Shown here one piece after another: positions 39,141-46,994 of a stretch of 64,000 nt of DNA. The notes below the pieces were generated by a model. The model did no database searches. It had not been told where the DNA came from and was given only the letters and a program-made list of their open reading frames with translations. A program made the translations under genes and the position numbers. Within the stretch, counting starts at the first letter, position 1. Each line of letters opens with the position of its first letter. The stretch comes from a virus, in IMG/VR virus record IMGVR_UViG_3300032087_005129. One strand, 5' to 3'.

Positions 39141-39746
39141 TTACATGATTTTTGACACATGCTGATAGATTCGAGCAGAGCATTTTTCATGCGGTTTACA
39201 TCGAAATGTTTTAGGCATCATTTCTGGATCAATCAAAGTAGACCACCTTGCTTTTGGCCATCTTTTTTCTTGAAACGAAACCCAATGTGAGTACAAATAT
39301 GCATTTGCACGAACACGAAAGGTATTTATCTCATTCTGACACTGAAGAAGGCCATACTCTTGTAGCAATTTTTCTGTTCGAATTTCGCAGTCTCGTTCCA
39401 TTTCGATTACTTTTTTCATTGCATCAAAAGCAAGATCTTTATCATCATGTATACCATTCACCCATTCGAGAAATACCATACATGGACATCGACCGTCTTC
39501 TGTTTTTGCTGTGTATTTTGGCTCACCTTCAAGCCACTGACACATGTGGCAGTATTCATGTGCAAGTGTTTGCACCCACTTGCTTGATTTTTTTGCCACT
39601 ACGAGAGATGTCTCATCGAAATAGCCTGATGCTCTGCAACGCTCACCTGTATTTACTGCCTGGTGATTAGAAAGAACAAAGCGAATGCCGTGTTCTTTGC
39701 ATTCGCTTCGTACATAATCGATGAGTTTTTTCTCTTCTGAGAGCAT
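39141..39746 (-). CDS. HExxH metallopeptidase-like protein
   Basis: LAHEYCHMCQW...MERDCE. Confidence 0.6.
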   Translation of the reverse strand: MLSEEKKLIDYVRSECKEHGIRFVLSNHQAVNTGERCRASGYFDETSLVVAKKSSKWVQTLAHEYCHMCQWLEGEPKYTAKTEDGRCPCMVFLEWVNGIHDDKDLAFDAMKKVIEMERDCEIRTEKLLQEYGLLQCQNEINTFRVRANAYLYSHWVSFQEKRWPKARWSTLIDPEMMPKTFRCKPHEKCSARIYQHVSKIM

Positions 39747-39754
39747 ATAATTAT

Positions 39755-40861
39755 TTATGTTTGGCGATCACCTTTTGCAACAGCATCACCAGATCTGTTG
39801 AAGTTGATCATTGTTTGTACTTCAAAGAATTCTTTTGGCAGTTTACCCTTCAAAACATCGATTAACACAGAGGGAACTCTAAGTTTACAGTCAAATGGCC
39901 TTTTGCCAACACGAAGAGATTCGTACTCTTCTTTGCCAACAGATTCGAGTGAATAACGATTAAGCAATTCTGAACTAAACACAAAGTCATCTGGTGTGTA
40001 ATCAATCTCTATGATGATTGGTATTCCTCTTTTTAGAAAAAGATCAACCATCGCAGACTGATATGATTTTTTGTCACGATTGATCAAAGCCTTGAAGTAT
40101 TTCTTGAACAAAGGCATCGATGCTTTTCCTGTTGGTGTCAAAATTGGATATTCTTTCTTCAATTGCTGCAACTCATCCCACCGCCCATAAGATTGATGAA
40201 ACATTTTCCACAAACGCTCTCCTGCATTTGGTAAGTGTGCCTTATTAGTGTTGAATTTTGCTATGGTGTTTTCGTTGTGAACACGAAAAGCGTTATCGAT
40301 GTTTACAGAGGCACCTGCGATTGCACCAGAAAACTCTAGAGCAATTTCTTCTGATATAGTCCAACTTTCAAGTTCTCGTTTCGGTGTGTATCTAAATTTT
40401 TTGACTGCGGTGTTGCCTTCGATTTTGAACTTTGATGGATCACGAAAAAGTTTCATTACATTTTTTCTCATTTTTTCATCGACGCCATATTCTGACATCA
40501 CAATATTTTCCATATTGATACCACGATACAAAACTTTTGATTCTGGAATCAAGTCTTGAGGAAAAACATTTCTAAACTTTTGAAATATGTTGAAGAATGA
40601 AGATGGAAATTTCAAATCGTTGTGACGAACCCATATGTTCATAACATACTCGAAGTAGTCTTCAATGGGTGTGTTTCTTTCTTTGTCTCTTTTGAGTTCA
40701 CCAAAAAAGATTTTACCAAATGCTTCACGAAAATCTTTCTCCGTTTTGATCAGAGATAAAACTTCTTTTGCGGCTTTACTATCCCGAATCTTTGTTAATG
40801 GACTTGCATAGTCGGCTTCAGGATCATAATCATCAGTTAGATAATTGAAGAATTTTTTCAT
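39755..40861 (-). CDS. Putative ADP-ribosyltransferase (R-S-E type) with CTS-like leader
   Basis: VLYRGI ... ESWTISEEIALEFS ... EEYESL; leader MKKFFNYLTD. Confidence 0.6.
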   Translation of the reverse strand: MKKFFNYLTDDYDPEADYASPLTKIRDSKAAKEVLSLIKTEKDFREAFGKIFFGELKRDKERNTPIEDYFEYVMNIWVRHNDLKFPSSFFNIFQKFRNVFPQDLIPESKVLYRGINMENIVMSEYGVDEKMRKNVMKLFRDPSKFKIEGNTAVKKFRYTPKRELESWTISEEIALEFSGAIAGASVNIDNAFRVHNENTIAKFNTNKAHLPNAGERLWKMFHQSYGRWDELQQLKKEYPILTPTGKASMPLFKKYFKALINRDKKSYQSAMVDLFLKRGIPIIIEIDYTPDDFVFSSELLNRYSLESVGKEEYESLRVGKRPFDCKLRVPSVLIDVLKGKLPKEFFEVQTMINFNRSGDAVAKGDRQT

Positions 40862-41187
40862 CGCATTTTCTTTTTGAGATTTGTGAACTTTCTTTTGACT
40901 GATGGTGTCTTCATTTCTTTTTCAACGGCTGTGATTGCATCGACGAACAAACGAACGATACCATCGTCGCTCATTTCTCGTGCAAGGTAATCTGTATCAC
41001 CTTTCTTTTCAAGCCGATCAGCAAGATTGCGAAGTCTTTTTGCGACCTGACTGTTCAATGTTTTGAGTGTCATTGAACCATATCCACGAACAAGAATGTT
41101 AGGATTGTCTACGTCACCGATGTTGCTGAAGTCTATTCTTCCTGCTGGTTGACTTTGTTCGTAGAGGTAGTTGTAGAAGTCTTTCAT
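40858..41187 (-). CDS. Small protein with CTS-like leader
   Basis: MKDFYNYLYE start. Confidence 0.65.
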   Translation of the reverse strand: MKDFYNYLYEQSQPAGRIDFSNIGDVDNPNILVRGYGSMTLKTLNSQVAKRLRNLADRLEKKGDTDYLAREMSDDGIVRLFVDAITAVEKEMKTPSVKRKFTNLKKKMR

Positions 41188-41504
41188 TTGTTCTTTTCTT
41201 TCGTTATCTTTTTCATCTTTTCAATGTACTTTCGATACACAGCGGCTTCTTCTTTCTTGCCCATCACCTTTGCTCTTTGTTCCATGGCGATTGCTGCTTG
41301 AATTTTATGAGCATGTGTTCGATTTGATGACTCAATTTTTTTGACTGATGCTTCGGCGGTTTTTACATCTTTAAACCCAAGACCGTGAATTGTTCCTTTT
41401 GGATTTTCGTCAGTGTAAAGATCGCTGTGAGTATCAGGGTCTTGATTCTTACGAGTCTTGGGTATACGCTTGCCTTCATCAAAATATTCTAGAAATGATT
41501 TCAT
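41184..41504 (-). CDS. Small basic protein with CTS-like leader
   Basis: MKSFLEYFDE, then HSDLYTDENPKGTIHGLGFKD domain. Confidence 0.7.
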   Translation of the reverse strand: MKSFLEYFDEGKRIPKTRKNQDPDTHSDLYTDENPKGTIHGLGFKDVKTAEASVKKIESSNRTHAHKIQAAIAMEQRAKVMGKKEEAAVYRKYIEKMKKITKEKNK

Positions 41505-41514
41505 GCGTGTGTCT

Positions 41515-44199
41515 TTATTTTTTTACGAAGTCTGATCTTTTCTTTGGTGGTCGACCTTTGATCTCATAGCCTCTGAGCAATTTTAACTCTATTTTTGCTT
41601 GTGTTGAAGCATGTGGAATGTCAGCCAAAGCAATAACTATCAAGTCGTTGTTAGAGTAGTTACTGATATAGCGAAGCATTTGCTTTACTGCACCAGGCAA
41701 ATCTTCTTTGTCACCTCTAAAGCCACCCTTGTAACTTTCATTGCCATACGCTTTACTTAGTTTCTTAATGTCTTTGTCGGTGTACAAATCTTTTTTGCTG
41801 TAGTGATCACTTTCATTGATGCTTTCATCCTGCGCACGTCTTACAGCATCCTCATGATCCCGGCGAATTTTTTCGTAATCTACATCAAAGAAATTCTTTG
41901 GAATTTTAATTGGTTTACGGTCTTCATCAGCAATATCTCGTATAAACTTTGCTTTTTTGTGTGCTTGTCTGGCCGTTTTTTCAATTTCTGGAGTTGCCTC
42001 GATTCTACGAAATTTACCACCAACATTTTTCAACACAGTTCCTAATAGTTCAATATGTTTGAGTGAAACTCCACGAACAGGCTTGTATTTAAAGGACACT
42101 TTTCTTCGTTGTATTGTGTAGTCTTTTTCTGACCTTACAATACCATAATCTTTAAGAAAATTAGCATATCTTTTTGGGTTATGCCAAGTATCTAACTCAA
42201 CTACAAAGGTGCTTGCTTTTTGCTCATTGATGCCCATGCTTTCCATGATATCATCAACATCAAGATACATGTCGGTTTGTGGATCGTAATACTTACCAGC
42301 CTTTCTATCATAGTAATAAATCAGACCCGTTTTCTTGGTGCGATACGGTCCTTCAAGACCTTCTCTTTCACGATTTGGGAAACGCTCGCGGTCGATAGGT
42401 GATACACGATTCTTGTTCTTGTATCTTCTATAGTGATCTCTTGCAGACATCTCATCAATTTGTAGGTCCTCATGCAATTCACCTTTGTATTGCTTTGCCA
42501 ACCTTTCAATATCGTTTCTCTCGTAGTCGTTTGGGTGCATGATGACTTGAACAATTTCTTCAGGACTTCTATCCCCGTCATATCGGTCTACTTCACTTGC
42601 GAGTTTATCTCGCATGATTCGTCGCATGAAGGCACCGGCTTTCATTGGGTTTTTAAATTTAAATTCTATTGTGCTGCCTTCATCAAGTTGCACAGACTCA
42701 CTGAATTCAGAAAATGAAACCTCGCTCACAGCCGAGATGCCGAATCGTCGTATCTCTGAACTAAACACTGCACCAGCAAACAACTTGTTTGCTATTTGAT
42801 GTGCTTTTTGATTATTCTTAAAGGAAACATAATAGGTATCTTCGACAGGTCCTTTTTGATTTCCAGCAACAAAGTGGAATTTTATGCCTGCTTTTTTAAG
42901 TTCTCGTTCGAACTCTTTTCGTTTTTTGGCATAATGTGCTTTGTCTTGTTTACTGGCATACTTGCCTGTCTTCATAAACTTATCATTGAACTCAACAATA
43001 TTAGCCTGCTCAAGTTTCATTACCTTATTCATCGCCTTAAGCAAATCTTTAGGTTTGAATTTATGAACGTTGTCTGCTCTTGCTTCGTAGTCACCATAGC
43101 CACTGAGGTTCATGTCATTCAGAACACCTGCAATCTCTTGCTTGGCTTTCTTGTTTAACCCCTTGATCATGCCTTGTATGTCACGGGCTGCTAGTCCTTC
43201 AAATTGAATTGGGGGACCACCAGGATTAACAAGTCCAGGTGCTGGTCTTCGACGACCAATTTCTCGACGGCCAGGACGATATTTTCCTGTTTTTTGTTTC
43301 TGAGCAACTTGAGGTAAAAATGGAAGAGTTGGATTTGTAAGACCTCCACCAAGAGGTCCTTGCTCATCAACATGCACAGATTCTCGATAAAAATCAGGAA
43401 CATTATTTTTTTTGAGAACCTGACCAACTTTTGCACCAGGAAGATTATCAACCATCTGACCAGGCTGCACTAATTTACGGGCTTGTTTTTCTGACAAACC
43501 AACACGAATGATGCTGCCGTATCTATCTACGATTGCAAAACTTTTCTTTCCATAGTAAGCAGAACTATTTTTTGGTGGGTTGTAAACTTTTGATTCATCA
43601 AGTTTCTTAGAACCTTCATAGATGGTATCGACCAATTTCAAGCCGTGCTTCTTGAGCAACTTCTCGAACCTCGGCCAATTTCCTCTTTCCTTACGAAATG
43701 TGAACACAGCCTTTTTCTTCCGAGATTGAAATACTATGTTATGAAGGCCAAGAAAACCTGGTAGTTTCTTAAGTTTGGGATCACGAGTAATACTCTCATA
43801 TGAGTTTTGATCAGCGTCTACAACAAACTTGACAGTCACATTATTTTCGTCAATCTGAACACCTTCTTTGATTGCGATGAGTTTAGCAGTTTTGCCACCG
43901 CCCAAGTCTTGTGTGTCACCAAGTTTCTTGATCTTTGGCCCCATCATCATATCAGCCACGGGGTGAACTTGAAAACCAAGTTCTCTACCACCATCAATAA
44001 AGTAAAAACCATCACCTGGTTTGGCGTGCTTATCGAAGTTTTTTAACATTTTTTTGTATTGTTTTTCAAAGCCAAACTTTTTGAGTTTTGCTAAAAAGAC
44101 TCTTGAGTCCATGTCGAAATCTTTGAACGCGGTTTTCACGGTTTCGTCGATGTGGTGATTTTTGCTTTCATTGAGTGTTTGTTTCATCTTCCAATGCAT
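41515..44199 (-). CDS. 894-aa modular protein; putative gp21-processed polyprotein of about 10 basic domains
   Basis: MHWK leader; recurring linkers EGVQIDE, EGSKKLDE, ESVHVDE, EQANIVE, ESVQLDE, EDLQIDE, ESMGINE, ESINE. Confidence 0.7.
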   Translation of the reverse strand: MHWKMKQTLNESKNHHIDETVKTAFKDFDMDSRVFLAKLKKFGFEKQYKKMLKNFDKHAKPGDGFYFIDGGRELGFQVHPVADMMMGPKIKKLGDTQDLGGGKTAKLIAIKEGVQIDENNVTVKFVVDADQNSYESITRDPKLKKLPGFLGLHNIVFQSRKKKAVFTFRKERGNWPRFEKLLKKHGLKLVDTIYEGSKKLDESKVYNPPKNSSAYYGKKSFAIVDRYGSIIRVGLSEKQARKLVQPGQMVDNLPGAKVGQVLKKNNVPDFYRESVHVDEQGPLGGGLTNPTLPFLPQVAQKQKTGKYRPGRREIGRRRPAPGLVNPGGPPIQFEGLAARDIQGMIKGLNKKAKQEIAGVLNDMNLSGYGDYEARADNVHKFKPKDLLKAMNKVMKLEQANIVEFNDKFMKTGKYASKQDKAHYAKKRKEFERELKKAGIKFHFVAGNQKGPVEDTYYVSFKNNQKAHQIANKLFAGAVFSSEIRRFGISAVSEVSFSEFSESVQLDEGSTIEFKFKNPMKAGAFMRRIMRDKLASEVDRYDGDRSPEEIVQVIMHPNDYERNDIERLAKQYKGELHEDLQIDEMSARDHYRRYKNKNRVSPIDRERFPNREREGLEGPYRTKKTGLIYYYDRKAGKYYDPQTDMYLDVDDIMESMGINEQKASTFVVELDTWHNPKRYANFLKDYGIVRSEKDYTIQRRKVSFKYKPVRGVSLKHIELLGTVLKNVGGKFRRIEATPEIEKTARQAHKKAKFIRDIADEDRKPIKIPKNFFDVDYEKIRRDHEDAVRRAQDESINESDHYSKKDLYTDKDIKKLSKAYGNESYKGGFRGDKEDLPGAVKQMLRYISNYSNNDLIVIALADIPHASTQAKIELKLLRGYEIKGRPPKKRSDFVKK

Positions 44200-44229
44200 T
44201 GTTGATTCCTTGTTGTAAGCACTTAGAAC

Positions 44230-44260
44230 TATTTATTCAAACGCCAAAATCGAATAAATA
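44230..44260. promoter_or_regulatory. Back-to-back divergent late promoters (AATAAATA on both strands)
   Basis: tatttattc-N13-gaataaata inverted repeat between divergent MHWK/MHYL genes. Confidence 0.65.
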
Positions 44261-44344
44261 CTAGTAATCACAATCGTAAAATTGCTCAACAATTACTTGA
44301 CACACATCACTCAGATAGTAGATTGAGTCTAACGGAGATCTAAA

Positions 44345-44707
44345 ATGCATTATCTACAGAAACAACTTCTTGAAGAAGAGAAGAAAAAAGCCAAACTGAA
44401 TGCTGGTCATTGCAAGACCGAAGGAAAGAAAAAGACTAAACTGAATGCTGGTCATTGCAAGACTGAATCTGAAAAACTTGATGAGCAAAAAGGTCAAAAG
44501 TTTAACTTTGCAAGAGCAAGAAAAGTGTTCGAGAAGCACTGGCGCGAAATGGAAAGAAAAGTTGTCAATGAACTTGTTCAACCATACGAGGGTCGAGGTC
44601 CTGTGAATTATGATCTCAAAGCCGAACGTCAAGTCTCTGACTACTTTGAAACCAACACAGAAGATCTTCTTGATTACATCACAGAGAGATTCGAAGACCT
44701 CAACTAA
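44345..44707 (+). CDS. Hypothetical protein, MHYL leader, internal repeat
   Basis: MHYLQKQLLEE; KLNAGHCKTE twice; ESEKLDE linker. Confidence 0.7.
   Translation: MHYLQKQLLEEEKKKAKLNAGHCKTEGKKKTKLNAGHCKTESEKLDEQKGQKFNFARARKVFEKHWREMERKVVNELVQPYEGRGPVNYDLKAERQVSDYFETNTEDLLDYITERFEDLN
44393..44463 (+). repeat. 26-bp direct repeat, 45-nt period
   Basis: aaactgaatgctggtcattgcaagac at 44393 and 44438. Confidence 0.9.
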
Positions 44708-44723
44708 CTAGGGGATAGCATAC

Positions 44724-45005
44724 ATGAACTTTAAAGATAAACTACAAGAAGCATTCGAAGCAGGCTATCTTCAAGGTCTGAGCGAGTCTACTACTATTGA
44801 CACCTCATCATATCGCAGAAGTCACGGTAAGTCACCAAATCCAAATGAGTCAGGTGGCTGGTCTTTTGGCACGAAACCTTTCAGTCGATCTGATGATGAG
44901 ATTGTGTATGAATCGCCCAACAAGATGCCATATAAAGAGGCGAAAAAAGAAGCAGAAAAGATTGCAAAGAAAAAAGGTCTGAAAAAGATCTACGTTCAAT
45001 CGTAA
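44724..45005 (+). CDS. Small protein, LQEAF..GY leader
   Basis: MNFKDKLQEAFEAGYLQGLSE then YRRSHGKSP...GGWSF domain. Confidence 0.7.
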   Translation: MNFKDKLQEAFEAGYLQGLSESTTIDTSSYRRSHGKSPNPNESGGWSFGTKPFSRSDDEIVYESPNKMPYKEAKKEAEKIAKKKGLKKIYVQS

Positions 45006-45014
45006 GGAACAAAA

Positions 45015-45404
45015 ATGAACTTTGAAGACAGACTACAAGAAGCATTTAAAGAGGGCTATCGTCAGGCTATCAACGAGCAAAAGAAACCTCTTGGTCCGAG
45101 GAGGCCTGGTGCTTTACTCAAAAAGGCTTATAATCCCAGAAAGTATTTCACTGCACATGTCGAAAAAGAATTAGTTAGTGTGTATAAAAAACTCATGGCT
45201 CGCCTAAAAAGTGATTATGAAAAGAAAGCGTTTGAACAAACTTTTCCTTTTGAACTTGCTGATGAAATAAAGGAAAGAGTCGAGAATCTTTTCGATGGTT
45301 CTTCTATGAGAGATGAACTGATTGATATGTATCGCAATGACTTCAAGAAAAGGGATAGACTCAAGGATTATGACAATAGGGTAAGACATGGATTTCGTAG
45401 GTAA
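45015..45404 (+). CDS. Small protein, LQEAF..GY leader
   Basis: MNFEDRLQEAFKEGYRQAINE. Confidence 0.7.
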   Translation: MNFEDRLQEAFKEGYRQAINEQKKPLGPRRPGALLKKAYNPRKYFTAHVEKELVSVYKKLMARLKSDYEKKAFEQTFPFELADEIKERVENLFDGSSMRDELIDMYRNDFKKRDRLKDYDNRVRHGFRR

Positions 45405-45413
45405 GGAACAAAA

Positions 45414-45764
45414 ATGAAAAATCTAGAATCATCAATTCAAAATATTCTCAATGAAGAGTACATTGAAGAAAACATCGACAAAGTAAAAGATCTCTATGAC
45501 AATCGAAACATTGTTTCTACACTTAAAGAGGGTGATAGTATCTTTGTTGGTTTTGAATACATCAAACACGATGGATCATCAGAAACAAAGGGGAAGATTT
45601 TTATTGTAGATCAAGTCGAGACATTAAGGAATGGCATAATTAGGGTTTTTCTTGATCATCGAACTTCTGACGATTACGTTCTATTCCTTGATAAAAAAGG
45701 CATGTTGGTTTTTCGGAATCCAAATGGTATGAGATTAGTAGTAAGTAGTATTTCAAAGAAATGA
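45414..45764 (+). CDS. Small protein, MKxLES leader
   Basis: MKNLESSIQNILNE-EYIEE. Confidence 0.7.
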   Translation: MKNLESSIQNILNEEYIEENIDKVKDLYDNRNIVSTLKEGDSIFVGFEYIKHDGSSETKGKIFIVDQVETLRNGIIRVFLDHRTSDDYVLFLDKKGMLVFRNPNGMRLVVSSISKK

Positions 45765-46699
45765 AAAGACTTGAATCAACAATCCGTGGCTTGATCAACG
45801 AAGAGACCATTACAGAAGGTGGTCATCACGACGTTATATCTGCCAAGAATCAAATTAAAATTGCTCGTGATGCATTAGACAAGATGGAAAGAGGACTGTC
45901 AGGGCTTGACGATGAAGGCTCACTACCTTCATGGTGGACAAACAAAGTCGCAATTGCTGTTGACAAACTTGATGGCATGGCAGATTATCTTTCAACACAG
46001 ATCAAAGAAGAAACTATCTCAGAAGCAAAGCGTGGCCGAATCAACGCAGAGTACATATTTCCTCTTCGAACGAAGGCTGCCGTAAAGAGTTTCATTCGAG
46101 ATATTGATGCTGTTGCTGATCGTGTTCGAAATCAAATGCCAGACAAAAGAATCGTAAAGGCTCTTATGATCTATAGAGATTCGAGCAGCACAACGAATAA
46201 TGAATTTAACCCGCCAAACGATAAAGAATATTTCGTGACTGTTCTTGTGACAAGCAAAACTCTTGAACTTGATGAACTCAAAGAGGTTGATCGTTACTTC
46301 AAAGAATTCAAGAAGGGCCTTCTCAAAGCAGCCAAAAGTGATAATCGTATCATTGTAACTGCCAAAGTCAAAAAGAAACTTGGCGAAGCAGCCATTAATG
46401 AAAACCTTCAGAGCATGGACAATGACAAAGCAAAAGACATCTATGACAAACTTCGAAAAGGTAGTATCGTAGAAGTCAAGATCGGTAATGCTATTGCAAG
46501 CCAATTAAAGCCAATTCGCCTTGTAGTTACTAGTGGTCATCGTATTGTAGGTAAGTCAAAAGTAGGACGTATTATTCTCGTAGATGAAAAGAATCCACGT
46601 GGCATGAAATACAAACTATTTGATCGAGATGGTACAATTCGCCTTGCTCAAAGTGATATGGCAACCATTCTCAAAGACATGAAGATAGTCAAGAAGTAA
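45761..46699 (+). CDS. Three-module putative polyprotein, MKxLES leader
   Basis: MKRLESTIRGLINE-ETITE; linkers KE-ETISE and GE-AAINE. Confidence 0.7.
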   Translation: MKRLESTIRGLINEETITEGGHHDVISAKNQIKIARDALDKMERGLSGLDDEGSLPSWWTNKVAIAVDKLDGMADYLSTQIKEETISEAKRGRINAEYIFPLRTKAAVKSFIRDIDAVADRVRNQMPDKRIVKALMIYRDSSSTTNNEFNPPNDKEYFVTVLVTSKTLELDELKEVDRYFKEFKKGLLKAAKSDNRIIVTAKVKKKLGEAAINENLQSMDNDKAKDIYDKLRKGSIVEVKIGNAIASQLKPIRLVVTSGHRIVGKSKVGRIILVDEKNPRGMKYKLFDRDGTIRLAQSDMATILKDMKIVKK

Positions 46700-46722
46700 G
46701 ACAAAACATAGAGCCGAATGAG

Positions 46723-46756
46723 AGAGAACCTCCTAGTGTATAGGGGGTTCTTTTTG
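46723..46756 (+). terminator. Terminator of the plus-strand late block
   Basis: AGAGAACCTCCTA-GTGTA-TAGGGGGTTCTTTTT. Confidence 0.7.
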
Positions 46757-46933
46757 ATTGGGATAGAGTATGAAATAGAGAGAGAAATAGAGCAAAACCC
46801 TTTTTAAAAGGCCAATAAAAATGATTTCCGTATCCTATCAGGGTAAATGGGTTGTGTGATAGGAAGTTGGCGAGATACTCTTGTTGACTGAACCAGCAGG
46901 GTGTTTCGCGGAACATTTCGCGGCCCGCAGACC

Positions 46934-46968
46934 AAAAAAAACCGAGCGAGCCATTATGGCCCGCCCGG
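46934..46968 (-). terminator. Terminator of the vWA gene
   Basis: Minus strand CCGGGCGGGCCA-TAA-TGGCTCGCTCGG followed by a T tract. Confidence 0.75.
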
Positions 46969-46994
46969 CGTACCGAGTGATTCTCAGTTTGGTT

